Below are positions 28,052 to 45,465 of a stretch of DNA of 64,000 nt, one piece after another. The translations under genes were made by a program, and so were the position numbers. The notes beneath the pieces are model-generated. The model saw nothing but the letters and a program-made list of their open reading frames with translations, did no database searches and was not told the origin of the DNA. The DNA lies in NCBI RefSeq assembly GCF_009914755.1, contig NC_060940.1; one strand, given 5' to 3'. The stretch comes from the human T2T-CHM13v2.0 reference genome, Homo sapiens. Position 1 is the first letter of the stretch; every line of letters begins with the position of its first letter.

Positions 28052-29442
28052 CTGATATTGGAGAAAACTGACCAACTATTGAGTCAATTCCATCCCACCT
28101 TTTTTTTTTTTTTTACAAATGGGGAAACTGAGGCCAGAAAGACAAAGTGATTTTTTTCCTACTGGTAAATGACTTGTATACGGCAGATCTAGGCCTAGAA
28201 TCCTTGGCATTGGAAGTCCAGTTCAGACCCTGTTCTTACATTAGGTTTGCCTAAAACTCTGTGCTTAGTAGGTGCAGCAAATGCTGGTTAAATTGAATGA
28301 AATTACTTAAATGTGACTCACCATAAATTGTTACTGACCCTGAACACATGGGCTACTGGCAAAGCTGCTAATTAATCCGACAATAATTCTGAGGCAATCA
28401 GGCTTCATTAATGTGGGTCTGGCCTCATTTTCAGAAGCACTTTTGGATTGATCACTCTGGCCTGGCAGCTGGAGCAGATACTCCTGGCCAATGAATCACA
28501 GGGCCTCACGTACCCTCCACTCCCTGGGAATTTAGAAGGAACAGTTGGTCCTCTTTCCCAACTAGCTTTCTTACTTGCAAAGAAAGAGTCTTTGCCAAAG
28601 TTTCTGGCTCCTGCAGCAGCTTTCTCACCTGGGCTCTCCCGAGCCAGCATCTTCTGCAGTTTCAGGGACAAGGGGAAGCCCCAAGGTTTGTGTATTTCAG
28701 TTCTTCACCACAGCGCCTGGAGGCAAAGAGTTCTGTACAAAAGGACAAACAAATACTTATTTGGACACAAAAATTAATCACTACAGCTCAAAATAAGTGA
28801 TCCTTATTTTCCCAAGACAGACATAAACTTGAAAGCACATGTCTCAAGGCAGAATGACATTGTGTACAACGTGCATGTGGCTTCTGTCTTCCCATTCTGG
28901 CTGGGCATTTAGGAGGAATGTACTCATTCCTCATAGCCATATGGTATTTGTGCACATCAAGCTAAAGAAAAAATTATCCTTTTTCCATTTCTGGTCCTCT
29001 TGCAGTCTGAACCCATTTACTGAGAGCAGCCTTATTATTATTGAGTTCTCTGTTAAATGGGGTTTGTTTTTGGGTAATATTAACCCAATGAGACAGCTTC
29101 TGTGTGGAAGTTACACACAAAAGAAGAAAGAAGGGGCACTTGTGTTATGTCCTTTGTTAACCACTGTGTAAAATCCTTAGTAAAGAAACTCCCCTTTTTT
29201 AGAGTTGATGTTTCTGAAACTCACATCTACTGGGAATGGGGCAGGGATGTTTCCCTAAAAGAGATACTGATTAGCTTAAAATTCTGTGACCATCACAAGA
29301 CATGGTCTTAAGACTTGGAAGATGGAGGAAGATTCCAGATGACAGCACTTTTCAGTGTCCCATCAGGAGCTGCACACAAGTTGGTACCTAGAGACCTCAG
29401 GATTACGCTGATTCTGGGGTGATTATGCCTGTTGGTCTCTAA

Positions 29443-29787
<345 letters not shown>

Positions 29788-30546
29788 TAGAACCAGTCAC
29801 TGAGGCTGGGCTGCATCGCCCTGCCTTGCTGTCCTCAGTCATGTTGGTCTCCAGGCATCTTGATTCCTTTCCTTGGCTGCCTGATATGGCTCAGAGAGGA
29901 CCTATGTGCTCATGTCAGCATTCCACAAAACACCTGTGCACTTATTTTATAAATCATGAGAAACAGTGATCTAGAGTCAGGGGTACAGCCATGGATGGAT
30001 AAACATGTGTTCTACCATATTTGAAGAGTTCCATCTGGATGACATACTGGCTGTTCTGGGCAGGGAGAAGGAAGAGGGTCAAAGATGGTTATAACAAAGG
30101 CTAAGGGAAGTCAGTTTTCACCATGGTTGGCTTAACAATTCCAAGGCAAGCAAAATGAATTTCAGGCCAACACTAGTAAAAATGGATAGCTATGATGTCT
30201 GTGTTAGTCTGGACTCTTTTGGCTCTCATTGACAGAAATCCATCTCTAACTAGATTATATAGCAACAATAAGAACAACAAACAAACAAAAAACAACAAGA
30301 GGAAATTGTATTGGCTTATTTAGCTGTAACATTCAGTGGGTTACTGACATCAGGAATGGTTGGATCCAGGTACTCAAATGATGGCCTTTGGCTTTGCTTT
30401 CTTTTACATATGTTTCATTTTCAGGGATTTTCATCATCTCAGTTTGGGTTCCCTGACCACCACCATCACCACCAAAAGCAGACCCTGTGGTACAGTACTT
30501 TATTTGGGAGATATGGTGGTCGTGAAAATGAACCACTCAGATGTTC

Positions 30547-30942
30547 TGTGGCAGGAGGCATGATTGACTAATAGCCCTGCTCTTACTCTTCTGGGACACC
30601 ACATTTACACCAAAGCCATACTTCCCTCAGGCTGTACCCAGCTAATGACAGCACAGTGAGGCCACTAAGGGAGGCTCATGCCTACAAGATGTGGTTCTCC
30701 TCTGACAGGTGTCTTTGAGAACCCCTCACTGGCCTGGCCAAACTTGTCTTCGAATTAGGCTGCAGTCTATGTCTCTTCCTGCCCAATTATCCCTCCTTCC
30801 CTCTCTCTGCTGCAGTGTGAGTCCCGTATTGGAGTCTGAGCTTCTCCCCGCCTTCTCCAGCTCCCTCTCCTTTTGCCTTCACAGGTATTTCTCCAGTAAA
30901 CTTCCCACATGTCTAATCTCAACAGAAGGACCAAACTAACAC
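30547..30942 (+). mobile_element. Old ERVL-type LTR (LTR16-like)
   Basis: TGTGG start, AGTAAA poly(A)-signal-like motif, GACCAAACTAACACA end. Confidence 0.45.
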
Positions 30943-31382
30943 AGGAGGTGATCTCAGGAAGCACAAGTGAAGAAATGGAGAGGATAAGACAGATGGGAGA
31001 AAAACCAGTAAAAAGTGTACTGAGGAGCAGGTGGCCCCATGGGCAGGTCACACTGGGATCTTGTTAGAGACTACGTTGAGAATACTCAGGATTGTCTCAG
31101 CCAAGGGCAAGGATGCTAGGGAATTTATTTATGGTTTTCCAATTCCCACTGGCTGAAGATCACCTGAGGGCATCAGCTCTCCCCTACTTGTAGGTGGCAG
31201 AGAAGGGTCCTGGGTACTAGCAAAAGCCTTCAGGCAGAGAGGAAAGATGCAAATGCTTGAGGCTGGAAACTGTCTATCAAAGCTGTAGGTAAGCTCAGGT
31301 GAGCCAAGGGGATATGGCACAGGGCACCAACAGCATATGCTATACCTGTGAAAAAAGAAAGGTAGGGACCACTGGTAGCTTA

Positions 31383-32004
<622 letters not shown>

Positions 32005-32070
32005 AAGAATTTTAACTTGTCTTGGGAGTGCCTCAGATTGGCCAAATTAGTGTCACCTGACCTTCCCTAA

Positions 32071-32508
<438 letters not shown>

Positions 32509-33219
32509 AACTAAGTTGACCCTGGAGCACACTGGAAACAATTACCAGATATCACTTACTGGTGGGGCTGCAGCCCTTTGCCACCTCCATGCTGAGCTTT
32601 CATTAGCTGAGTCTTCATTGGCTGAGTCCTCCTGGGCTGAGGGCACAGCTATCTGGAGCCTGCCAAGAGCATCTTCTCACTGCTACACTCTGCTTGTTGC
32701 TAGCCCTGGAGAAGGGCTGACAGTCTTGGGGATGCAGGTCCCCAACTGCTTTCCATGCTTTTCTTCAGCCAAGAGCACAGCCCACATTTGAGTTGGGTTT
32801 AGGACGTGGTCTCTGCCCCAGCGCCCTGGGGTGGGAAATGGGAGAAGTGTACAATTAGCAATTAACAGCTTTATCTCTACTCACATGTAAGAGACATAAT
32901 TAGCTGGTTCCATCTGTTCCTGATACCTGCTGGAGTCAGCCATTCACACCTCAGCCAGATATTACAGGGAGTGGGAGGGCCTGAAAAAGAAACATTGCAA
33001 AAATAACTCACGTTTTGTTGTTTTAGACATCTTGCCCCTTTGGAGTCGGTCTCCAACTCTGCTCCCTTCAGGTGCATACAATTTGCTGTCAGTTGGCAAG
33101 GAAAGGTGTGAGCTAACGAATATGGAAGCTGAAGATCTGTGTGATTTTTCCCAGGAGCTGAGAGCTTCAGTTTAAAGAGACAAGACTTGGTGTCTCAATT
33201 GGGGTCACATCACAAATAG

Positions 33220-33542
<323 letters not shown>

Positions 33543-34268
33543 TGGCATGGGAAATATTTTCAGAAGGAAAGTCCAATTTTAGAAGGACCAAAAAAAAAAA
33601 AAAAAAAAAAAAAAGTCAACAGCTGCAGTCTCTACACCCACTGGAGCAAGCAACTTGTCCAAAGTCACACAGCAAGGAAGAAGATGAGCTGGGATTTGCA
33701 TCTAAGTCTATCTAATTCTAAGCCTGTTTTCTAAATCATTATCCATCACTGCTGCTTTGTCGACATCATGGTCTCAATGGGCATTAGGAAAGGCCAGGAC
33801 AACTTTTAATTTTTTTGAGGCCAAAACAGCCATGCCCCAAAAATGTGGTATTTAAAAAGAAATGTGCCCATATACATAATTAATGCATTTAATGTAAAAA
33901 TGTGTGATGCAATATAGTTGGGTTATTCACAAGATAATTACAGGGCTCATAAAATATTAATTCATAGTACTCTACAAATGGCAGAGCCTGGATGAGGGAC
34001 ATATATTTATCAGGGTCTCTATGGAAAGAAGATGGCATACTCAGAAGAAGATTATTCAAAGAAAGTTTATTTACAAAGGGCTTATTTACAGATGTTTGGG
34101 TGTAGAAGAACCACAGAAGACAGTGTAATTATCTAGGTTAGTAGCAGACAACAGTTACCACCTCCAGGCTCTAAGGGACAAGTTAAAGTAAGAGCTTTGT
34201 ATGGCAAGGGCATTGGGTGCAGCACTGATGTGTCAGGAGCTGCAGCCAACCAGGGAAACAGATAACCT

Positions 34269-34708
34269 TAAGGTAGGAGGCAGAACTCAATCCTGGACCA
34301 GAACTAAGACTGGCTGAAACAGGGAAGAGGCACCACCACCACCTCTCCATAAGATACGCCCACCAGTGCCATGACAGTTTATCATTGCCGTGGCAACACC
34401 TGAAAGTTATTGCCCCTTTCCATGGCACCCTGTTTCTAGAAATTTTGAAATAACCCATCTCTTAATTTGCATGTAATTAAAAATGGGTATTAATATGGCT
34501 GGAGACCTGCCCCTGAGCTGCTGCTCTCCACACACTGTCTAGGATGGGGGAGCCCTGCTCTGCAGGAGCAGTCAACGGAGCTGTAACACTGCTGCCTTCA
34601 TACAACTGTCTTCTTCTACCACTGGCTGGCTCTTGAATTCTTTCCTGAGTAAAGCCAAGAATCTTCCCAGGCTAAGCTCCAGTTTTGGGGCTTGCCTGCC
34701 CTACATCA
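34269..34708 (+). mobile_element. ERV1-class solo LTR (related to 27596-28051)
   Basis: TAAGGTAGGAGG (consensus-like TGAGGTAGGAGG)...GGGGCTTGCCTGCCCTACATCA; 4-bp TSD ACCT, the length typical of class I ERVs. Confidence 0.85.
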
Positions 34709-35639
34709 ACCTGACTTCATAGTTGACCCTGTCTCTGACTTCCTACCAGAAGGAAGTCCCCACTGATAGAACCAATAAGGATACGGTGAGTGACACATCT
34801 GGGGATCAACAATTAAGGAGGCCTTCACTGTCAGGACTGGGCATGGAGCACTTGCACAGCCCTGAGAATGACAGCCTTCTTAAATGTTCCACCCTCAATG
34901 CCTCACTCTCCCTACCCTAGCCCCAGCCTTGGTCTCGGGGTCTGGTATGACATCTACACAGCTTAGCCTTTAGCAGTCCTGACTGGGTGGAGAAGGGGAG
35001 AGAGAATTTACAGGAGAATGGGAAGATATCCAGCACAAAGAAACAAGTTTAAAATTTAACATAAACATTTTCCTTTCCACCATATGCTTCTTTCCAAGAC
35101 TGTTTATTAACCTTATTTGAAGAGAAAGCCCAAAGTTGAAATATGATCCCTCCTTTTCACCCTGTGATAAGCCGTGGTGGATCTCAGTTTATTGTAGTGA
35201 TTGGAAATGAAGCTGTTTCCCTTTAGGGACATAGACAACCAGAGACAAAAGAAAGCTTCCCCATAGAAGGCTCCTCTTTGGCTTGTATTGCATTCCAGGC
35301 AAGCATATTCCCGTTTTCCCACTCTTTCGTGGATCTCAGAATATTCATCTTCCCTTTCAACCCAGCCCACTCACTGGATCCCACTGGCTTTAGCTCCTGC
35401 TGCTTCAGCCATTCCTGTGACCAAGACATTTCAGACAAAATGAGCTTTTCATTCAGTATCATCAGAGGCAAGGAGCTGAATTCTCCTGCCTACCTTTTTC
35501 TGCCCACTGTCTTTGGCCTTACCATAATTTGGTTCCCCTGCCAGGCCATCTGCATAATGAGTTCCTCCTATGGGTTTTGCTCTGTCAATCTGGATGCCCC
35601 ACCACCCCCCATGGTGCAGTTTGGCCACCACCACCCTGA

Positions 35640-35991
<352 letters not shown>

Positions 35992-37519
35992 TAGTACTCT
36001 GCTATTTTAATTATTGAGGGCCTCTAATAGATTTCAGTCATCTGGTGGAAGTAGTTGTTGATCTCCCATTACATTTCTTTTTTTTTATATTGTCCAAGAT
36101 TAAAAGTTTTTACGAAATTCTGCACCAAGAAAGACATTTCATGGGGATGTGACATGGATTTGGAAGGCAATGTGGCAGAGTTCTTAAATATACATGCTCT
36201 GGTGTCTGACTTAATCCAACCTTTACTACTAACTGTTCTAGGCAACTTACTTAATATCTCTTAGCATCAGTTTTATCCCCTGAAAAACAAGGATAATGAG
36301 AGTATCCTTTATTATGAGAGCTGTAAGAATAATAATTAAATTGTCTCTACACTTTACTTTGTTATAAATTTACATTTTATAATATTTTTAGCCTTCTTAT
36401 CCAGGGGTATAATTTGTAGCTACATTTAATAAGGGTTATTTACACACATAACAAGAAATATAGTTTTATAAGTAGCATTTTTTGGGGGGGTAAAATTTAT
36501 TAACTTTTTTTTTTTTGCTGTGGTTCAATTATGTTGGGAATAGAATTTCTCTTTTCCTTATGTATACTTTTTAAGTGGTGAGTGGGAATATGATTTATTT
36601 TTATATATTTACCCTGCATCTATCCTTTTGGTTCATTTAAAAATCAATTATAATGTTCTTTAGACTTCGTAGGTATGCAAATAAATAATTTACAAATAAT
36701 CATAATTTTGTCACTTCCTTTCTAATATTTAGGTCTGCAAACATGTTTCATGTCTTATTGCATTGGCCCAAACCTAAGTCTTAGATGCATGAACAACTCC
36801 AAGTCTTGTTCTGTTATTTCTTCTTCTTCCCACCACTTCAGACTTTTGCAGAAGGTCTTTGGGGACTAAGCTTAACTGAGGCACTTTTAATTTTATGGCA
36901 AAATAAGCACACTTTGTTTCCAGTTTAAAAAACTTGTGCAGAGGGTATGGAGCCAGAAAGTCCTAGACATGCTGTGTGACTTTACATTCTAGTGGAGGGA
37001 CCCATTCCCTTATTGCTTGCTCTTTCTGTAGGCAGACATGTGAGTGGGGGAATAAACAGAACACAAGTTGCTCCAGCTGTTGACAGGAGTTTGTCTGGCA
37101 ATACCAGCCCTCAGCACTTGGAGACCCTGGGGACTCCAAGTCATAAGTCCTTTCTGCCAAGGTTGGGGAAGACGCTGTTGGTCTTGTGGCATGGCCCTTC
37201 GTTCTCACCTAGAGTAGGTAGGTGTCTGGTCTTAGTTATCTCTTTGTCCAAGGCAATCCAGCATGAACTTCTGGGGTTACTTTGAGACAGTTTGGCTGTT
37301 TTCATCACAGTCATAGATTATTTAGTGTACACCTATAAGACCCAGATTTGACAACAGGAAGTATACAGAACAGTGCTATTGAAATGCAGCAAGTTAATGA
37401 GGAACAAAAATATGATAATCAACCGGCACATTTACTTCAGACTGACCTTCACCAGATTTGAAAGTTGCATTTATCTGATAAAAAGTCTTATAAGGTATGC
37501 TGAAATATCCTTCAACGCT

Positions 37520-37700
37520 AATGTTAAAAATAGAAAATATAGTGACAATTATATCCAATTTGGCTTTTCATTTATTAAGAATAATGGCTATCCACACCTG
37601 CAATGTGTTATTTGTAGAAAAGTGCTTGCAAATGTCATCTGGAACGTTTTCTTGCATCTTATCATTTAGAACAATTATGTGTTACAAAAAATCAGCACAA
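37520..37700 (+). mobile_element. Charlie/Buster-type hAT transposase remnant (N-terminal BED zinc-finger region)
   Basis: Translation KNRKYSDNYIQFGFSFIKNNGYPHLQCVICRKVLAN matches the RKY..Y..FGF......P.PQCVIC..VL.N motif of Charlie/ZBED5-family transposases; similarity is lost straight after. Confidence 0.75.
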
Positions 37701-38011
37701 AATTTAGAACTCCAAACATCGGTTCATAAAAGGAGCTTTTGTCTTTTTTAAATGTCTTGCAACATAGTAAAATTCCTTCCTGAAATAAACTCAAACATTT
37801 TTCTTTCATAAATAATTTAAACTAAATCTGCCAGCTTTACATCACATGTTAAATGGGGACAAGTCAAAATTTGTCTTAATATTATAAAGATTGTAACATG
37901 ATCTTTACAGCATACTATTTGATAATATAGTGCTATAATAGAACCTTCTATTAAAAGTCGCTTCTTTGTCAATGCTGAAATGATCCAAAAATTCCTAAAG
38001 GCCTACAATAG

Positions 38012-38354
<343 letters not shown>

Positions 38355-38728
38355 TGAGTCAAAAAGAAGTTGGAAAAATCTGAGGCTGTGGGAAAAGTTT
38401 GTCCATTTGCTAGCTGTTTGCATTTGGGCAAGTTACTCAACTTCTCTGATCCTTAATTTTCCTCACCTTTCAAAAGGGAAAGTGACACCAGCTTTGCAGT
38501 TTTGTTTTGATGATTACATAAAATATGTAAAGTGCTTTGCACAGAATAAGTTCTCATTAAATGATTGTTGTTATTATTGATTCATTCATTTAACACATTT
38601 AGGAAGTACCTGCAATGTATCAGGCATGAAGTTACATATCTTAGTTGAAAGAATGAACAAGATAAAATTTCAACACTCTGATGTTAAATTAAAGATGACA
38701 ACAGTTTGTGAAGTTTGATAATTGAACA

Positions 38729-39079
<351 letters not shown>

Positions 39080-39340
39080 TTAGGGAAGTGAGATTTTTCT
39101 GATATTCCTATACCACAGTAGTGGCTAACATGTACGGAATGCTTCTTATGTGCCTAGAACTGTGTTGAATGTTTTATTTAGATTGTCATTTCAAGCACAC
39201 AAAAATCTGCATAAAATATCATGATGATTAGCATTATCTCTATTCTACAGATGAAGAAACTGAATCCCAAAGAGATTCAGTAATAAATAAGAAGTACAGC
39301 TGGTACTGAACCCTGGGAGTTTGACTTCAGAGAGCACACA

Positions 39341-39569
39341 CTGGGCAACATAGCAAGACCCTGTCTCTAAAAAAAAAAAAAAAAATTGAACAATGAGCTT
39401 GGCATTGTGATGTACACCTGTAGTCTCAGCTCCTTGGGAAGCGGAGGTGGGAGGATTGCTGGAGCCCAGGAGTTGGAGGTTGCAGTGAACAGTGATTGCT
39501 CCATTGTACTCTAGCTTGGGTGACAGAGTGAGATCTTTTCTTTAAATAAAATAAATTAAAAAAAAAAAG
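39341..39569 (+). mobile_element. 5'-truncated AluJ-type element
   Basis: Starts at CTGGGCAACATAGCAAGACC, long A linker, right monomer, A-rich tail. Confidence 0.88.
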
Positions 39570-40854
39570 AAGTTGACCGGGGCAGAGAGGCAAGAACAGG
39601 ATGGAAGGAGTTTGAGAAGGTGAAGGAACACTGATGATGATGTTACAGTATTTTCGGAGTAAGATACAGAGAAATTACACTAAAGGAGTCCGAGAGAGGG
39701 GCTGAGACTAAGGGGCTACAGTTTGGAGAGCAACAGCAGGGTTAGCAATATATTCAGCATAAGTAATAACAGGCAGCAGATGGAACTTTCCAGAAAACAC
39801 TGACCTGGGGTATCAGAAACATGGTGTCCCTCCTATTTTGATGTTGGAAGTTGGTTCTAGGGTTGGCAGGTGTAGGTAACATTAGAAGTATTTTACCTGG
39901 GAATATGCTCTAGCATGAAAAATAATTCAGTGTATTCCTCCTAAGGTCAGGTGAATCAGATCCATCTATTCAAGATGAACTTGTTGTCTTCATTGCCCAG
40001 GGCTGTGGCATCCTGGAACCTCACTCCCGGCCAACTGAAGAATTAAGGAGTTGTGTAGTTGGTCTGGCCCAGAGTGAATATGAGATCGCAACCTGGACAA
40101 ATAGGAGTGTTCCTTTTAGGAGAGCCATTCTGAAACTCAAAGGCTAAGGAGCATGGGCCTGACAAACTTATGTGGAATCTGAGCTGGGATGAACAAAGCT
40201 GGACTTGGAGAACCACGTCACGGATAGAATTACAGGCCCTTGAGTCAGGATATGTGTGCGTCTTTTCACCCAGTGCTGATGTCCTTGTCGGAAATCTCAA
40301 GTTAATGATGTTTTTATAGACGCTGAAAGGAAAGCGTATCAGTAAGGAATCTGTCTGTTCTAAGCAGAAACACCAACTCAAAATGTTTCAGATTTAAAAA
40401 AGGTGGGGAGCAGGGTGGTGAATTTCTTGACTCACCAGCAAAGTTCTGGGTCTACTAGTGTTTAGGTGTGACTGGCTCCAGGGGTTTCTTTGGACAAAAT
40501 TGTCAGATCTTTCTCATTCCTTCCCTTTCTCCTTCCTTCTTTCCTTTTCTCTATATGGTTCTGTGTTAGTCTCCTTTCAATGGGCTACAAAGAAAGGCAC
40601 TTGTAGCTTCAGAATTACATAGTCCTTAGCACCAAGGACCTTGGAAAGAAGGAAAGAGTGTCTCTTTGCCAACATCTACGTGGGCTCTGATTGACCTCAA
40701 GCCCACTATTGGAGGAATTTGGGTTTTGTGGGATAGGGTTTGCTGATTGAACAGCTTGGCTCATGGCCCACCCTTCTAGTAGAGTAGGCAGGCACCCTAG
40801 TTTGACAGTCCCGGTAAATGTCAGGGAGGGGCAATCCTCAAAAGCCACACAGTA

Positions 40855-40997
40855 AGAGTGGTCTACGGACCGCCAGTATCAGAATCAGCTGGGAACTTGA
40901 AAATTCCTGGGCCCTAGGAGTCATTGAGAGCTGGGTGCAGAAATCTGTATTTGAACACCCTTCCAGGTGAGTTTATGTGTGCTAAAGTTTGAGAACC
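40855..40997. mobile_element. MER5A-like hAT MITE
   Basis: CAGTATCAGAATCAGCTGGGAACTTG...AATCTGTATTTGAACAC...CCAGGTGA...CTAAAGTTTGAGAACC. Confidence 0.75.
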
Positions 40998-42207
40998 TTT
41001 CTTCCATTTGTTGAGTCACTTTTACATTCTCCCTATCTAGTTTCTTCCTCATCTAGTTTCATGAAATGTGGCCAGAGTTCCAGGAAGACATCTCTCCTGT
41101 ATACTCGGGTGAGACTGTTGTCTCTATCAAGTCACCAAAGCCGGATAACCCAGAAGGAATTATCCACTAGAGAGAATCCTTTACTAAAAACTCTATTATT
41201 TCATCTTGGTGGCTGAGAAAGAGCAGGATGTTTTTTAGTATTTGTGCCTGGTAACAGGTACCACTTAGAAATCCATCTTATAATCATTTAGACTGGTTTG
41301 CTTTGGGTCTATTTACGTAATTCCATGAGATGCACGGAAAGAGAGGCGGCGTGTTATTTTTCTGCAGCCGAATACTGGGAAAAACCACTTTCTAAGGTAA
41401 TTACCACTTCAGTGCTCCCCACACGGTTGGAAGGCGCTGTGAAGAAGTGTGCCTTCTGGGCCCGGGGCCACCAGAGTGTGGAAAGAATGTGCTTTCTGCC
41501 TCTGAAAGGGAAACAACACCCTTTGTGGGAAATCTCTTTGCTTATATGCATAATTTGCATGAAGGCTATGGCACAGTGACTTCAGGTGCATGGAGAGAAC
41601 TTACTTGGAACAAACAGAACTCTTTCAAGTCCATCCAAGTGCAGCATCCTGGGGAGGAAGACTTGACCTCCCACCAGCAATCCTGGAGATGAGAGTCACT
41701 CTTGCTGAGCATCAAATCAGAGAGAGTTCTCTCTCCCAGTGGATATCAGTGGGTAATTTTAAGGTGAAAGATCTACTTCTTCAGTCCCAGATGTGCAGAA
41801 GTTTGCATGTATGTCACACTTCTCCAGGAGTGGTGAGCAGAAGCTTATTCCTGAGTGCTCTGTTTTCTGCATTCATCTAGACTTTAGATCTCTGACCCCC
41901 TTTTTCCATCATGCAGATTTCATCATTTTCCTGCCATTTTTCAGCTGCTAATGCTTCTAACTCTAATCCTACATAAAGCCCACGTTCTGGTACCCTGTTC
42001 ACACCCTGCCAGCATCTCGAACACTGCATGTATATCCCTGCTATGTTCACTGTGCCCCTACCATATGCTATGTGCTAGTTGGGTACCAGTGACACAAACA
42101 TAAATAAGACACTAACTTTAACCTCATGCCACTCAACAAATAGGCTTATTTTAACACATGGTCTTGGAACAAATGACTTGGAGTGGCTCTGCAGTGCCCG
42201 CATCTAA

Positions 42208-42773
<566 letters not shown>

Positions 42774-43126
42774 TTTGCATTCCATTTCAAAACAGTGATT
42801 CACAGCTGTCTCCATAGATTAGGTAGATTAGGGCAGCCTCCCTGGGCTTGCTTATATGAGCTGTGGGGCTAGTTGCCAGGATCTCGGGCTTTTATCAAAA
42901 TGCTACCCTACCTCGCCCACAATTCCTTCTCTCACCACAACTAATTACCATCCTAGCCCCTTGTTATCTTGTTCCTCCTATCTTCTGATCCAATCAATAT
43001 TTTCACTTATGTCTTGTCGGCTTATTTTTGTTCATACTTTGAGGTCAGCTTTGCCCATGAAATGTTGAATAAAATCTTATCTCATTGGCTCAGTGTCCAC
43101 TCATTCTTGCCCCCCGAGCTGTCTAC

Positions 43127-43704
43127 TGAAGGAGCCTAGTGAATATCACCCCCAAATATGGCACCTTGGTTCGCTGATTGTAAAGACACTTGGGGTTCAG
43201 CAAAAGGGTGGATGAGGTTGTTCTCTAAAGTTCTCTCATCTACCTAGAGACCAGGTCTTCCATAGAAGAAGACAATTGCTTTTGATGTCTTTCCTGCAAT
43301 TTTATTAACCAGGGAAGGTTAAACTCATATCACAGGAAGAAAGACTGAGGAATGTCATCACACCTAGGCAGGCTTTGTCGTAAGCTATTGTCTGTTTTTA
43401 CCATTAACTTTCCAATGAAAATTTATAAACTATTGTCTGTTCTTGGGGCCCATTTTACTCTTTAAAAATAATTTACTACCCATCTAAAATTGCCTACATC
43501 CCCTACTTTCCTCTCCCCTATGAAGAAGGGTATACAACCTTCTAACCTCATTGGATTATTGGGTACTTACTTCCTGTGATGCTCCTGTGCACATTAATAA
43601 ATCTGTATGATTTTTCTCCTGTGGATGTCTTTTGCCACTTTATTTCAACAGACTTAAAGACTCCAACCTTCAAGGTGGGAGGGAAAAACTCCCTTTGCCC
43701 TCAT
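43127..43704 (+). mobile_element. ERV1-class solo LTR (MER34-like)
   Basis: TGAAGGAG...GAATATCACCCCCAAATATG start; TATA-like GGGTATACAA; ATTAATAAATCTGTATG poly(A) region. Confidence 0.7.
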
Positions 43705-44046
43705 GCTCTGTAATGCTCAGGACCATGTCTGCCACAATTTTGGGCCTTAGCTGACTCCACTGCACTTGCCCCCCTACCCCCAGCTCGCATGCCTGACTTA
43801 CAGAATCTGTCTTTTCACCTTTGAGTCTGTCCTGCCTAAACCAGCTTTTCCTTTGGGTCCATGTAGAGACACACTTGATTCAAATCCCGACGATGCCACT
43901 TTCTAGCTGTGTAGCATTGTGTAACTTCTCAAAGCTTTATTTTCATAATCTGTAAAATGAGGGTAGTAACAGTAACTACCTTATAGGTTATGTGGATTAA
44001 ATGAGATAGTGCCCCGTCAATCTTCACTATATATTAGTTATAATCA

Positions 44047-44316
44047 TTTTTTTTTTCTTTGAGACAGGGTCTCATTCTGTCACCCAGGCTGGAGTGCAGG
44101 TGTGTGATCATAGCTCACTGCAGCCCCGACCTCCCAGGCTCAAGTGATCCTCCGCCTCAGCCCCACCTGAATAGCTGGGACTACAGGCGCGTGCCACTAC
44201 ACCCAGCTAATTTTTTGTATTTTTAGTAGAGACGGGGTTTTGCCATATTGCCCAGGCTAGTTTTGAACTCCTGAGCTCGGTTCTGGGATTACAGGCGTGA
44301 GCCACCCTGCCCAGCT
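44047..44316 (-). mobile_element. AluJ-type with internal deletion
   Basis: Antisense dimer missing ~25-30 nt of the left arm; TSD-like TTAGTTATAA(T/C)CATT. Confidence 0.9.
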
Positions 44317-45141
44317 ACTATGTGTTAGTTATAACCATTATTGGTGTTTTTAGTTATAATAATTATTAGTTAGATGTACCATATGTGTTAGGTGTAATAA
44401 TTATAATTCGTGACCTGAGAAGACTGGATAAAACACATTAGTATATTAGTACCTATAGCTTTGAATAAATAGTTCTGAGTAATACATGAGGTATGTGATT
44501 AACAAAGACAAGTTTTAGGGAATACTACATTGTTGCAAATGAGAGCACCTTGTGGTACAAGGAGGCTGGAGTGATAGCTTGTGGTCTTTTGGGGTCGTAG
44601 CAGGCTCAGGCTGCAATGGGTTCTAACTGCAGAATTAATACCCACTTTGGAAGGGACTTTTTGTGTTGTCTTTAGCTGAGTTCAAGTGTCCAGGCTTTTG
44701 AGCTTCCTGCCAAAAACTCATGAACTTTTAAAGTCCCTTGTTTATTGCTTCAGTGCTCTGTGATATCAGAGGCTAACCCACGATTGATAGCAAAAGATAT
44801 GTAAAATTGATACATCACCACTACCTCCATCATCATCCCCAATCAACATAATCTACTTCTCTTACTATTTCTGCTTCATCACCTTCACTGCTGTTGTCAT
44901 AATCATCACCATCCTCTTCCTCCTCATCACTGCCTCCTCTTTTTCTTCCTCCTCTTCCTTTACCTCTTCTTTTTCTTTTCACCCTTTCCCTCCTCCTTTC
45001 CACATGGTCCACTTTTATCATGGGATGCTTTTCTGTACCCTGTCCCCTGATATGAGGAATAAGGATGCATGCTTATGAGCACTCCATGAATGACGTTGTA
45101 TCTTTATGGAACATGGAACTCAGAGACACTTTATAAAATTA

Positions 45142-45465
<324 letters not shown>

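Noticed and set aside
44810-45021. Basic/acidic ORF (RRKRGGSDEEEEDGDD) resembling a nuclear protein
   Set aside because: Low-complexity (CAT/CCT/CTT) tract; no supporting exon structure.
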